Counted from the stretch's first letter, positions 18,355 to 27,505 are shown. The stretch: 64,000 nucleotides of DNA from Bacillota bacterium (GCA_023410875.1 JAEYPH010000021.1:27544-91543); one strand, 5' to 3'. A program made the numbers and translations. The notes: a model not told the origin generated them from the letters alone.

Positions 18355-20166
18355 CTATTCCCAACCCTTGAGCCCGAAGAGTGCCAGCAGTTCGCCGGTG
18401 CCGTTGGGCGTGGTGGCGTCCATAGAGTCCCGGCCGTTGGTGTCGGGGCCATAGTTATAGAAGCAGCCGCTGCCCAGCCAATAAAAGTCGTTGAGGCCAT
18501 CCATCATCACGGTAACAGTGGGGCCCTTGGCCAAGGTCAGCTCCACCCGGGCGGCCTGCTCGTAGGTCTGGGGCCGGTACCCCAGGGGCTGCGCCTCCTG
18601 TAACCTCTTTTCCAACTGGCGCAGCTTGACCTTGTCGATCAGCTCTACTGTGCGCCCGTCCTTCGTGACCAGCCGCGCGCCGGTGATGTCGCGAACATCG
18701 CTGCGGTCCACATAGGAAAACCCGGTGTTCAAACCGTTGACAACACCCAGCAGATAGTCGCACAGCTCTGTGGCGATGGGCGAATCCGCCCGGCTGTCGC
18801 GGGCCAGCGCCCTTTCGCCGAGCTCATTGCGCAAGATGCGGTATCCATGGTCGCTGGCGCCATACTGATCTTCCAGATGCTGCCAGAACACCCATATGTT
18901 GGTGTCGGAGTAGAACCGCTCTTCAGCCGTGTACTTGGGGGAACTCTGGGCGGCTGTGATGATCGTATTCCAGTCCTCGCGGAACAGTTCCTCCATATGA
19001 GCGGCGATCTCATCGTCCAGCTCCACGGTGAGCTCTCCCTCGGGCGGGAACACCTTGAGATAGGGCAGCCGCTGGCTGGTGCCGGCATAGCCGGTGATGG
19101 CCAACTGCCCGGTGCGGAACCGCTCCAGCGTCCGGCGCAGCTCCTCGTTGGCCTGCAACACCGCCTCGTCTACCGCCGGCGCGTAGGCGGTCACCATGCC
19201 CTTGGTTCCGGGAATGGGCGCGTGAAACTCATAGATCGGCAGCGCATCGGCATAAGCCAGCCGCACCGAAGTCGCCTCCAGCGCCGTGTCTGGCTGCACC
19301 CGGTCCCCCTCGGTGGGGAAATAAAACGCCTGCGCCGCCGCCTGTTCCAGCGCCAGCCGGGTCAGCTCATAGAGCATCTGGCTGCGCGTGGCGTAGATCA
19401 GGCACTCATCCACAGCCTTGCCCCGTTCCAGGTTCAGCCGCACGAAGCCCGGCGTGGCATAACCATGGTTCAGCCCGCGATACAAAGCAGTGCCGGAGCC
19501 GTCGGCGGGTTGCAGCGCCACGGGCATGCCCTGCTGGCGCAGCAGCTCCGCCAGGCCGCTGTCCTGCATAAAATGCCGTGCCTGCTCGCGGTTTTCATCG
19601 TCGCTCAATGCTGGCTGGGAGGATGTATCGCCATCGGTGCGGATCGTATAACTGCCGTCGCCGTGCTTTTGGACGGCAATGTTCTTCCAGCCCTTGTCCC
19701 GCAGGCGTTGGGCCACGGCTTGCAGTTGCCCGTCGGTCAGCTCGATGGGCGTCGTGCGCAGCAACGGCACCATCCACGGCAGGCCGTCGGGCTGGTTGGT
19801 GTGGGAGGACAGCGAAAGGTTGGTCAGCTCCTGTGCTATATCCTGCGGTTCCGCTGGGTGTGTCTGGTTCGGTGTGGGCGTGGATGGTGTTTGCGCCGAC
19901 CGTGTCTTGATCAGTGTAGCGACGGCCGCCGCCTGCGTCACCACATCCGGCGCGGCGGTTTTGCCCGGTGCCAGGGCTCCCCCGCCCCAAACCAAGGCCA
20001 ATGCCAGCACCGCCACGGCGGCGGCAGGCACCGCACCCAACGCCCAGCGGCGGTTGGCGGCGAGCTTTTCCTTGTGGTTCAATATCGCCTGCAGCATGGC
20101 GTCGCGGCGCTCCGGCGCGGGGCGCACGGCATCCATGGCGCGCTTGTAGGCGCTGTCCAACTTCAT
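18355..20166 (-). CDS. Membrane-anchored anti-sigma-like protein with a large extracytoplasmic domain of unknown fold
   Basis: 603 aa. Short N-terminal cytoplasmic segment, a single TM (ALGAVPAAAVAVLALALVWGGG) and strong RBS AAGGAGGAAG. Lies downstream of the ECF sigma gene 20382..20891. Confidence 0.6.
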   Translation of the reverse strand: MKLDSAYKRAMDAVRPAPERRDAMLQAILNHKEKLAANRRWALGAVPAAAVAVLALALVWGGGALAPGKTAAPDVVTQAAAVATLIKTRSAQTPSTPTPNQTHPAEPQDIAQELTNLSLSSHTNQPDGLPWMVPLLRTTPIELTDGQLQAVAQRLRDKGWKNIAVQKHGDGSYTIRTDGDTSSQPALSDDENREQARHFMQDSGLAELLRQQGMPVALQPADGSGTALYRGLNHGYATPGFVRLNLERGKAVDECLIYATRSQMLYELTRLALEQAAAQAFYFPTEGDRVQPDTALEATSVRLAYADALPIYEFHAPIPGTKGMVTAYAPAVDEAVLQANEELRRTLERFRTGQLAITGYAGTSQRLPYLKVFPPEGELTVELDDEIAAHMEELFREDWNTIITAAQSSPKYTAEERFYSDTNIWVFWQHLEDQYGASDHGYRILRNELGERALARDSRADSPIATELCDYLLGVVNGLNTGFSYVDRSDVRDITGARLVTKDGRTVELIDKVKLRQLEKRLQEAQPLGYRPQTYEQAARVELTLAKGPTVTVMMDGLNDFYWLGSGCFYNYGPDTNGRDSMDATTPNGTGELLALFGLKGWE

Positions 20167-20180
20167 GGCACTTCCTCCTT

Positions 20181-20387
20181 AAGCAAACGCTGAGTAAAGC
20201 ATAGCATCTGTCTTGCTTGGTCTTCTTCCGCCCTGCTTCGTTGTCGGCTGGTCGGAGCCTTCGGCTCCTGCTCGCCCAAGCAGCCCGGTCAGTTGCTTAT
20301 GCTCAATGCATAAGCGCCTTCCTCCACCTGGCAGGACGAAAAAATACACATCGCAATCCAGACGCTCCATTTATTCAGCGTTTACTT
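20181..20387. mobile_element. MITE-like roughly 207-bp element bounded by imperfect 18-bp terminal inverted repeats
   Basis: The left end AAGCAAACGCTGAGTAAA (plus strand) matches the rc of the right end, AAGTAAACGCTGAATAAA, at 16 of 18 positions. The interior holds hairpins GGAGCC-TTCG-GGCTCC and GCTTATGC-TCAAT-GCATAAGC. No transposase is present. Confidence 0.4.
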
Positions 20388-20891
20388 GAGCATGTCGCCC
20401 AGCAGTGCACGGCCCCGGTGCAGGTGGCCCCACACCGCCGAGGGCGTGCGGCCGGTCATGGAGGCGATCTCCGCGCCGGAGTAGCCCTCGTAGTAGTGCA
20501 GATACACGGTCTCACGGTAGGGCATGGGCAGTTCCAGCACGGCCTGCAGCGTGGCGTCGGGGTTTGGCGCGGCCACATCCATGCCATCGGGCCACGCGGC
20601 GCTGTGCCTGCGCCACCAGCGGCGCAGCATGTTCTTGCTCGTGTTGCCCGCGGTCACCAGCAGCCAGGCACGCTCGTGGCGCTGGTTCTCGAAGGCCCGG
20701 GGGTGGTTCAGCAGCTTGATGAACGTGCTCTGCACGGCGTCCTCCACATCCATGGAGCGCCCTTTAAAGTACAGAAAGCACAGCCGATACACGGCGTCGG
20801 CGTGGCGCTCGTAGATCGCGGCGATGTCGCAGTCATATCGTTGGTTCGCGGGGTTCACGCTGCCCTCCGTGGTTCTCCTGTCACCTATCAT
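20382..20891 (-). CDS. ECF-type RNA polymerase sigma-70 family factor
   Basis: Region 2 (DAVQSTFIKLLNHPRAFENQRHERAWLLVTAGNTSKN) and region 4 (YYEGYSGAEIASMTGRTPSAVWGHLHRGRALL). An alternative GTG start at 20858 has GGAGGG upstream. Confidence 0.85.
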   Translation of the reverse strand: MIGDRRTTEGSVNPANQRYDCDIAAIYERHADAVYRLCFLYFKGRSMDVEDAVQSTFIKLLNHPRAFENQRHERAWLLVTAGNTSKNMLRRWWRRHSAAWPDGMDVAAPNPDATLQAVLELPMPYRETVYLHYYEGYSGAEIASMTGRTPSAVWGHLHRGRALLGDMLK

Positions 20892-21017
20892 ACACCGCTG
20901 GAAGGAGTTTCCTTAAGGGGTTGAAAAATATTTGTGAAAATAAAAAGCGGCCACATTGCTGCAGCCGCACTTAGCTGTAGAGTTGGCCATCGCCATCCCC
21001 ATTTATTCAGCGTTTCC

Positions 21018-22688
21018 CTAGATATAAAAAGTATTTCCCCCGATGAACTCCCGCACGATGGACGTGGGCGGGATCTCGTCTTCGCAGGGCAAAGGCCGCA
21101 CGAGCCGCAGGAAGGCCATCAGCCGCTCGGCCTCGCCCCGTGAGGGGTGATCCTCGGGAATGGCCAAAAGATGCTCCACGGCGCGGTCGCGCAGGGCGGC
21201 CAGCTCATAGGGCATGGCCGAATTGAACATGACGTCGGCGTTTTCCTGATTCGGGAAAATGTAGTTGTGCTCGCCGCGGTGCACCATGGGCCACATGGCG
21301 ATGGTGTCGGCGGCGGAATGGCCGCGGGCGTGCACATCGCGCACGATGCGCCGCAGCAGTCGGAAATCCGTCGTGGATACGCGGTTGTGGTCGTCGATGT
21401 TCATCTGCGACAGGGCGCTGACAAAAATGCGGTATTTCAGCTGCGCCGGTATGGCGCCGGTCAGCACGTCGGAGAGGCCGTGGATGCCTTCAATGACCAG
21501 AAGCTGGCCGGGCAGCAGCGCCGTTTTGACGTCGGAGAACTCCGGCTTGGCGGTGCGGAAGTTGAACCGCGGCAGCGCCACGGCCTCGCCGCACAGCAGC
21601 GCCTGGAGTTGCTCCTCGAACAGCGCGATGTCCAGCGTTTCCACGCGCTCCAGGTCTTGGGTGCCGTCGGCCTCGTAGGGCACCAGTTCACGGTCCAGAT
21701 AGTAATCGTCCAGCGACAGCGCCAGCGGCAGCAGCCCCGCGGTCTTCAGGTGCACCAGCAGCCGGTTGGCGAAGGTCGTCTTGCCCGAGGAAGAGGGGCC
21801 GGCGATCAGCACGACCCGGCGGTTCTCCCGGCGGATGGTGTCGGCGATGCCGGCAATCAGCTTGTCCTGGCGGGCCTCGCACACGCGCACGAGTTCCCTG
21901 GCGCGCCCTTCGTCGATGCGCCCGTTGAGGTCTGCCATGCGAGACACGCCGATGGAGCGCTCCCACCGGGCGGTTTGATGGAACACCGCCGAAAGCTTGG
22001 GCAGCTCCACCCACGGGGTCAGCGCGTCCGGCGAATGCACGCTGGGCAGCAGCAACAGCAGGCCGGGCACATGGTAGCGCAGCGCGAACATCTCCAGATA
22101 ACCCGCCGAGGGCAGCAGCGCTCCATAGTAAACGTCGGTCATCCAGCCAAAGCGCACGCAGGGCATTCCCTCGCCGCCCACCAGCGCGGCGGCGTCCGGG
22201 CGGTCGTCGGCCAGCAGCAGCGCGCGGGCGGCGTCGGCATCCAAATGAAGGGGCTCAAAGAGTTCGTCGGCGGCCACGATCTCGCGCATGCGCCGCTCAA
22301 TGACGGCCAGATCCGAGGGCAGCAGCTGCCGGCCCGCGGTGATCTCGCAATACAGGCTGCGGTTGAGGCTGTTGTCTATGAGCACCCTGGCCCGGGGGAA
22401 CACCTCGCGCACGGCGCGCACCAGCAGGCAGCTGGCCGACCGGGCATAGATGCGCGCGCCCTCCTCGCTGGTCATGTCCAGAAAGCGGACCTCGCCGTCG
22501 CCGGGGATGGGCTCCAGCAGCGAATGGACGCGGTTGTGCATCCACGCGCCCAGCGGAGCGCGGGGCGCCTGCCGGAATGCTGACGCCGGCCCGGTATCAG
22601 GGGCCATGTTCCTTACAGCATCGCAGAAGGTCGCGCCGGCGGGCAGCGTGATGCTCTGGCCATCTATGGTCACGAGGCGTTGCGCCAT
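21018..22688 (-). CDS. Uridine kinase/phosphoribulokinase-family nucleoside kinase with an N-terminal TGS/ThrRS-like domain
   Basis: 556 aa. P-loop VVLIAGPSSSGKTTFANRL in the C-terminal half and a ubiquitin-like TGS-type N-terminus. GGAGGA RBS. Confidence 0.75.
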   Translation of the reverse strand: MAQRLVTIDGQSITLPAGATFCDAVRNMAPDTGPASAFRQAPRAPLGAWMHNRVHSLLEPIPGDGEVRFLDMTSEEGARIYARSASCLLVRAVREVFPRARVLIDNSLNRSLYCEITAGRQLLPSDLAVIERRMREIVAADELFEPLHLDADAARALLLADDRPDAAALVGGEGMPCVRFGWMTDVYYGALLPSAGYLEMFALRYHVPGLLLLLPSVHSPDALTPWVELPKLSAVFHQTARWERSIGVSRMADLNGRIDEGRARELVRVCEARQDKLIAGIADTIRRENRRVVLIAGPSSSGKTTFANRLLVHLKTAGLLPLALSLDDYYLDRELVPYEADGTQDLERVETLDIALFEEQLQALLCGEAVALPRFNFRTAKPEFSDVKTALLPGQLLVIEGIHGLSDVLTGAIPAQLKYRIFVSALSQMNIDDHNRVSTTDFRLLRRIVRDVHARGHSAADTIAMWPMVHRGEHNYIFPNQENADVMFNSAMPYELAALRDRAVEHLLAIPEDHPSRGEAERLMAFLRLVRPLPCEDEIPPTSIVREFIGGNTFYI

Positions 22689-22937
22689 ATTTCATCCTCC
22701 ATCTGAGCGGGGTATGCTTATATCATACCACAAAGTATACGGGAGCAATGAAATGGGATCGCTATGCAAGAGAAGGGTTTCGCGCCCTTCGTTGCGCCTT
22801 GCGCAACTATCGGCTTGCTCTCACATCGGCTGTTGCTCGATGCTACGCATCGACCGGCAATGCTATCACATCGCCGCTGCGCGGCGACATTATCGCATTG
22901 CCTGCGGTTAAAGCCGACGTTGCCGCAAGCCGGGGCA

Positions 22938-22995
22938 TGGCCTGCGGGCGCGCCCAAAGGTCTCCGGTCGCCCTTTGAAAACCTTCGGACCCCAT
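22938..22995 (-). repeat. Dispersed two-hairpin intergenic repeat, copy 3 (degenerate second hairpin)
   Basis: rc reads GGGTCCGAAGGTTTTC-AAAGGGCGACCGGAGACCTTTGG-GCGCGCCCGCAGGCC. The hairpin-1 arms are a hybrid of the copy-1 and copy-2 types. Confidence 0.7.
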
Positions 22996-23029
22996 CAAAA
23001 ATGAGATAGATTAGAATTACAAAATAGTC

Positions 23030-23058
23030 CCTCCCCCTTTGGGGGAGGGTGCGGGTGA
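23030..23058 (-). terminator. GC hairpin downstream of the aldo/keto reductase gene
   Basis: CCCTCCCCC-TTT-GGGGGAGGG 9-bp stem. On the minus strand it is followed by ACTATTTTGTAATT. Confidence 0.5.
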
Positions 23059-23174
23059 GGGTTTATAGGAGCGACTGGCTGTACTCACCGGGAAGCTGAC
23101 TAGAATTTGACAGCTTTTGGCGCTGCTCGCCCATGCGTCCTGGGAGTCTGGGGAGAGGGTTCTATATGACTTTT

Positions 23175-24023
23175 TCAGTCCGGAAAAATCGGCTTTACCT
23201 TGGCCGCCTCGTCCACTAGCGTCTGCATCTGCTCGGGCGTAGGGGCCTCGCCCATGCCGGGCCGGTCGATGAGCTTTAGCATCAGCGATAGCATCTCCTC
23301 GGAGCCGGGGGTGACAGCCACATGCACGCGGGACAGCGTGAACCGCAGCGCCAGCTCGGCCAGCGGCTCGTCCTCGGCGATGGGCATATACCAGCAGTTG
23401 GGGAAGCGCTTGGGTTCGCCATCGCCCAGCGGCCGCATCGCCAGCGCCTTGAGCCCCAGGATGCCCAGGTTCTGCTGGCTGGCCAGCTTGAGCGCCAGCT
23501 CGCCCTTGCCGTTGTGGATGTGGTTGGCCCAGTTGATCGGGTGCATGAAGGTGTCGAAGGGGAACTGCGTCATCAGATACAGCGCGCTGCGCTCCCGGTG
23601 GCAGGAGAAGCCGATGCGCAGCACCTTGCCCTGCTCCTTGGCCTTCACGATGGCCTCCAGCGCGCCGCCGGGGCCCAGCACCGTGTCCAGCTGCTCGTCG
23701 CAGGCGTGCAGTTGGTAAAGGTCGAAGTGGTCGGTCTGGCAGGCCCGCAGGGATTCCTCCAGTTCGGCATTGACGCGTTCGGCGGTCTTCTCATGGCTCT
23801 TGCAGGCCAGCGTGATCTGGCTGCGGTGTGGCGCCAGCGCCGGCCCCAGCTTGAACTGGGCCTGGCCGTAGGTTGGGGCCACGTCGAAATAGTTGATGCC
23901 GGCGTTCACCGCGTCGTTCACGAGCTTGGCGGCCTCGATGGGGTGCTTGTCGTTGAGCATGATGCCGCCGAAGGCGATGGCCGACGCATAGATGCCAGTC
24001 TTGCCGAGGGTACGGTAAATCAT
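23175..24023 (-). CDS. Aldo/keto reductase family oxidoreductase
   Basis: 282 aa. N-terminus MIYRTLGKTGIYASAIAFGG...INYFDVAPTYG, typical of AKRs. GAGGAGGG RBS. Confidence 0.85.
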   Translation of the reverse strand: MIYRTLGKTGIYASAIAFGGIMLNDKHPIEAAKLVNDAVNAGINYFDVAPTYGQAQFKLGPALAPHRSQITLACKSHEKTAERVNAELEESLRACQTDHFDLYQLHACDEQLDTVLGPGGALEAIVKAKEQGKVLRIGFSCHRERSALYLMTQFPFDTFMHPINWANHIHNGKGELALKLASQQNLGILGLKALAMRPLGDGEPKRFPNCWYMPIAEDEPLAELALRFTLSRVHVAVTPGSEEMLSLMLKLIDRPGMGEAPTPEQMQTLVDEAAKVKPIFPD

Positions 24024-24043
24024 TATTTGCCCTCCTCACTTTA

Positions 24044-24943
24044 TCAATCGAATCGATCGGTCAACAGGCCGTCGTCAAAACCTTCCTCGGGCCCCCGCGT
24101 CTGCGCCAGGAATTCCAGCGCCGCGGCGTTGAAATCCTTGGGTTTCTCCTCGTGGGGCAGCATGCCGCAGTTGCGCAGCAGCCTCACTCGGGCGTCGGGC
24201 ATCTGGGAGCGGTATTCCTCGGCCAGCACGCTGGGCCGGCCATGGTCGTTCTCGCCCCACAGCAGCAGCGTGGGTATGGCCAGCCCCCGCAGCCGCTCGT
24301 GCACATAGCTGTCGTCATAGGCTTGCAACAGCCGCAGCAGCGCAGTGGCGGTCTCGGGGTTTTCCAGCGGCTGGTGCACCTGGCGCACCATCGTTCGGTC
24401 CACGTCGATCTCGTTGAAATAGCACCACAGCAGATGGCGCTCCACATGCTCGCGGCGCATCAGGCGCAGCGCCAGCGGCCCCAGCCTCTGGCTGGCCAGC
24501 AGCCGCACCGGCAGCGGGAATTGCCGCGTCAGGCTGCCCGGCGAGCACAGAATCAGTGCTCTCACGCGGTCCGGGCAGCGGCAAGCCAGCTCCAACGCAT
24601 ACACGCCGCCCTCGCCGGCGCCGCACAGCGCCGCGCGGTCTATGGCCAGGTTGTCCAGAAAAACTTTCAGGTATCCTGCCATGGCCTCGCAGGAGGCCGG
24701 GCGGACCCTGGGCAGCGTGGAATAGCCGCAGCCCGGCAGGTCCAGTGCCAGCACCCGGTGGCGCTCGGCCAGCGCGTCGCGGTTGTGCCGCCACGTGTAC
24801 AGCGAAAAGCCCAGACCGTGCAGCAGTACCAGCGGTTCGCCCACACCGTCTTCCACATAGTGAATCAGTGGACCGCCCACATCCATCGTGCGGCCCACCT
24901 GGGCGGAGTTCAAGTGTATGCGGTTATCCGTTCTGATGTGCAT
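24044..24943 (-). CDS. Alpha/beta-fold hydrolase
   Basis: PLVLLHGLGFSLYTWR and the nucleophile elbow GAGEGG are consistent with the alpha/beta hydrolase family. Alternative start ATG 24886. Confidence 0.8.
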   Translation of the reverse strand: MHIRTDNRIHLNSAQVGRTMDVGGPLIHYVEDGVGEPLVLLHGLGFSLYTWRHNRDALAERHRVLALDLPGCGYSTLPRVRPASCEAMAGYLKVFLDNLAIDRAALCGAGEGGVYALELACRCPDRVRALILCSPGSLTRQFPLPVRLLASQRLGPLALRLMRREHVERHLLWCYFNEIDVDRTMVRQVHQPLENPETATALLRLLQAYDDSYVHERLRGLAIPTLLLWGENDHGRPSVLAEEYRSQMPDARVRLLRNCGMLPHEEKPKDFNAAALEFLAQTRGPEEGFDDGLLTDRFD

Positions 24944-24976
24944 CTCCTCATCGTGGGGCCGTGAGCCCCCGGGCAG

Positions 24977-25855
24977 TCAGGGCGCCAGCACTCGCAGCGC
25001 CGAAGGCACTACACAAAAGTTTGCTTCCGTGACGCCGGAATATACTTCTCCGTCGGTTTGTACGGAAAACGGGCCGTTCAACGACTCCACGCGCACCTGC
25101 GTGCAGCGGTGGAAGCGCACGAACGGGAACTTGCCGTGGCCGCCGGTGGGGAACTGCGGGAAAAGCGCGGCGATCTTCCATGGCGGGATGCCGTCCACGG
25201 CGCACACGTCCAGCAATCCGTCGTCAAATTCCGATTGGGGCAGCGCCTTCATGCCGCCGCCATAGAAGCGGCCGTTGCCCGCCGCCAGCAGCAGGATGTC
25301 TCGTTCAGGCTGAGCCTCGCCATCCAACCACAGGCGCACGCGCCGCGGGCGATAGCCCACCAGCGTCAAAAACACCGCCGCGTAATAGCTCAATCGGCCC
25401 ATCCACTTGAGCCGCGACGTGGCGGCCACAACGGCGGCGTCAAAACCCGCGCTGCCGATGTTGAGGAACAGGTTGCCGTTGAAGGTCGCGGCGTCCACCG
25501 GGCGGGTGTTGCCCCCCAGCACAATGTCCAGCGCCGCCAGGCAGTCCAGCGGGATATTCATGCTGCGCCGGTAGTCGTTGCCGGTGCCGCCGGGAATGAT
25601 GCCCAGCGGCACGGCGCCGCCGGTATCCACGATGCCGGCGGCTGCCTCCTTGATGGTGCCGTCGCCGCCCACGACGACGACGGCGCCGCAGCCCTTCTCC
25701 ACAGCCTGTCGGGCCAGCGTCTGGGCGTGGCCGGCGGCGTCGGTGTACACGACCTCGTATTCTATATTCTTGTGAAGGAGCGTCTTCGTCAATTCTTCCA
25801 TGAGTTTGAGGCAGCGGCCATGGCCGGCTACCGGGTTCACGATGAAACAGTACAT
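24977..25855 (-). CDS. Diacylglycerol/lipid kinase (DagK/YegS family)
   Basis: MYCFIVNPVAGHGR...VVVVGGDGTIKEAA...GIIPGGTGNDYRR, the DAGK catalytic-domain signature. Confidence 0.88.
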   Translation of the reverse strand: MYCFIVNPVAGHGRCLKLMEELTKTLLHKNIEYEVVYTDAAGHAQTLARQAVEKGCGAVVVVGGDGTIKEAAAGIVDTGGAVPLGIIPGGTGNDYRRSMNIPLDCLAALDIVLGGNTRPVDAATFNGNLFLNIGSAGFDAAVVAATSRLKWMGRLSYYAAVFLTLVGYRPRRVRLWLDGEAQPERDILLLAAGNGRFYGGGMKALPQSEFDDGLLDVCAVDGIPPWKIAALFPQFPTGGHGKFPFVRFHRCTQVRVESLNGPFSVQTDGEVYSGVTEANFCVVPSALRVLAP

Positions 25856-25917
25856 CCGTCGGTCTCCTGCGGGTTGCCGCGCGCCGCGGCGTTTTTTGGC
25901 TGATTCTGCGCCACATC

Positions 25918-25946
25918 ATTATATGGTACGGGCGGCGGGAAAGCAA
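25918..25946 (-). promoter_or_regulatory. Candidate sigma-A promoter for the lipid kinase gene
   Basis: Minus strand reads TTGCTT-N17-TATAAT. The -35 is the rc of 25941-25946 and the -10 is the rc of 25918-25923. Confidence 0.5.
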
Positions 25947-25996
25947 CGCGCCCGCGATGATCGGGGCCGGTCGGGACAGACCGCAAAAAAACAGGC

Positions 25997-26047
25997 TTGA
26001 CGGACGATTCACCGTTTGATAACATACGTTATATAACGATTGTTATG
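25997..26047 (+). promoter_or_regulatory. Candidate promoter plus palindromic operator for the TetR gene
   Basis: TTGACG (25997-26002)-N17-TAACAT (26020-26025). Perfect 12-bp palindrome CGTTATATAACG (26027-26038), overlapped by ATAAC-N4-GTTAT. Confidence 0.55.
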
Positions 26048-26057
26048 AGGTGATGAC

Positions 26058-26639
26058 ATGCCTCCGACCAGGGAAGTCTCCAGGGAAGCGGTGCTGGAAG
26101 CCGCGCTGGACATCGTGCGCGGCGAGGGCCTGGGCGCCGTGACGGCCCGCAGCGTGGCCGCGCGGCTGCGCTGCTCCACCCAGCCCATCTACAGCCTTTT
26201 CGCCGGCATGAAGGAGCTGGTGGACGCAGCCTATGAGCGTGCCCAGCAAGAGGCCCTGGCAGCCATCCAAAGCTTCCGGCCCGAAGGCGTGCTGCCGGAG
26301 CTGCAGCCGGTGCTGGGGTTCTACAACCTGGCGAGGGAGCAGCCGCACCTGTACCGCGCGGTGTTCCTGTCGGGCTATGCCGAGGGCCCTTTGGCCATGG
26401 CACAGCTGGGGCCGGCCATGTTGGCCGAGCACCTGCCCAAAAGCCAGCGGCTGCGCAGCCTGGACGAGCAAGGCTTGGGGCGCGTGGCGCGCATGGTCAC
26501 GGTGTTCGTGGCCGGGCTGGGGCTGCTGAGCGCCGGCGGCGATATTCCGCCGGACGAAGCCATGGCATTGACCGAGGCCATGTATCGCATGGCCGTAGCC
26601 GACGAGTTGGGCGCGCTGCAGCGCAGGAAGAAGGAGTGA
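26058..26639 (+). CDS. TetR/AcrR family transcriptional regulator
   Basis: N-terminal HTH: AVLEAALDIVRGEGLGAVTARSVAARLRCSTQPIYSLF. Confidence 0.85.
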   Translation: MPPTREVSREAVLEAALDIVRGEGLGAVTARSVAARLRCSTQPIYSLFAGMKELVDAAYERAQQEALAAIQSFRPEGVLPELQPVLGFYNLAREQPHLYRAVFLSGYAEGPLAMAQLGPAMLAEHLPKSQRLRSLDEQGLGRVARMVTVFVAGLGLLSAGGDIPPDEAMALTEAMYRMAVADELGALQRRKKE

Positions 26640-26644
26640 GTTTC

Positions 26645-27505
26645 ATGGAGGTATTGGGAGAACGGCTGGGCGTGGGCGCCAACGCCGAAGTGTACGCCTA
26701 CGGCCCCGGCAAGGTCATCAAGCTGTTTTTCGATCGCGGGAGGGCCAACGGCATCGAATGGGAATACCGCCGCACGCTGGCCGTGTGGCAGTTGGGGCTG
26801 CCCGTCCCCCAGCCCTTTGGCATCGTGGAGATCGGTGAGCGGCCGGGCCTGGTGTTGGAGTGCATCGACGGCCCTTCGCTGGCCGAGAGCCTCTTCGCCC
26901 ACGGTGACACAGGCGCGCTGCTCTCCATGGCGCGCCTGCTGCACCGGGTGCACAGCGTGGTGCCGGAGCAGGCCCGCGCCACGGGATTGAAATCCCCCAA
27001 GGCCGAGCTGGCGTGGAAGACCTACAACAGCGGAGAACTGACCGGTGCCGAAAAACGCGCCATTGCCCACCGCCTGGCGGACTTGCCCGATGGGCAGCAG
27101 GTGTGCCACGGCGACTTTCACATGCTCAACGTGCTGATGCGCGGCGGGGAGCCGGTGCTCATCGACTGGCAGGGGGCCTTCCTGGGCGAAGCCGGGCTGG
27201 ACGTCATGTGGATGCTGATGATCCTGCGCTACGCTGTGGTGCCCGAGGGGATGCTGCCACAGTCCCTCATCGACGCATTCTATGCCAGCCGCCACGACTT
27301 CGAGCGGGCGTTCTTCGAGGAATATAACAGGCTGACCGGCGTCACAATGGAGCAGGTGGAAGCGTGGTTTCTGCCGTGCGCGGTCAACAGGCTGTGCAGC
27401 GATCTGCTGCCGGCCGAGCATGATGCCGTGCTCGCAGAGATTAGGCGGCGCTGTGCCGCCAGCGCTGCGGATGCCCCAATGGTCGGCGTATCGGATTTGC
27501 CGTAA
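26645..27505 (+). CDS. Phosphotransferase (APH/choline-kinase-like) family protein
   Basis: Catalytic loop VCHGDFHMLNVLM followed by LIDWQGA. Start is ATG 26645 (AAGGAG 8 nt upstream) or the overlapping GTG 26636. Confidence 0.75.
   Translation: MEVLGERLGVGANAEVYAYGPGKVIKLFFDRGRANGIEWEYRRTLAVWQLGLPVPQPFGIVEIGERPGLVLECIDGPSLAESLFAHGDTGALLSMARLLHRVHSVVPEQARATGLKSPKAELAWKTYNSGELTGAEKRAIAHRLADLPDGQQVCHGDFHMLNVLMRGGEPVLIDWQGAFLGEAGLDVMWMLMILRYAVVPEGMLPQSLIDAFYASRHDFERAFFEEYNRLTGVTMEQVEAWFLPCAVNRLCSDLLPAEHDAVLAEIRRRCAASAADAPMVGVSDLP

Noticed and set aside
20179-20370. 63-aa ORF inside the sigma/anti-sigma spacer.
   Set aside because: It lies wholly within the MITE-like element, has no RBS and has a low-complexity Gly/Arg-rich sequence. 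It most likely arises from the repeat itself.
25876-25897. Plus-strand terminator-like hairpin GCCGCG-CGC-CGCGGC followed by TTTTTT.
   Set aside because: No plus-strand gene ends upstream of it. It lies in the 5' UTR of the minus-strand lipid kinase gene, where the U-tract would precede the stem. It may be a UTR structure but is not callable as a terminator.
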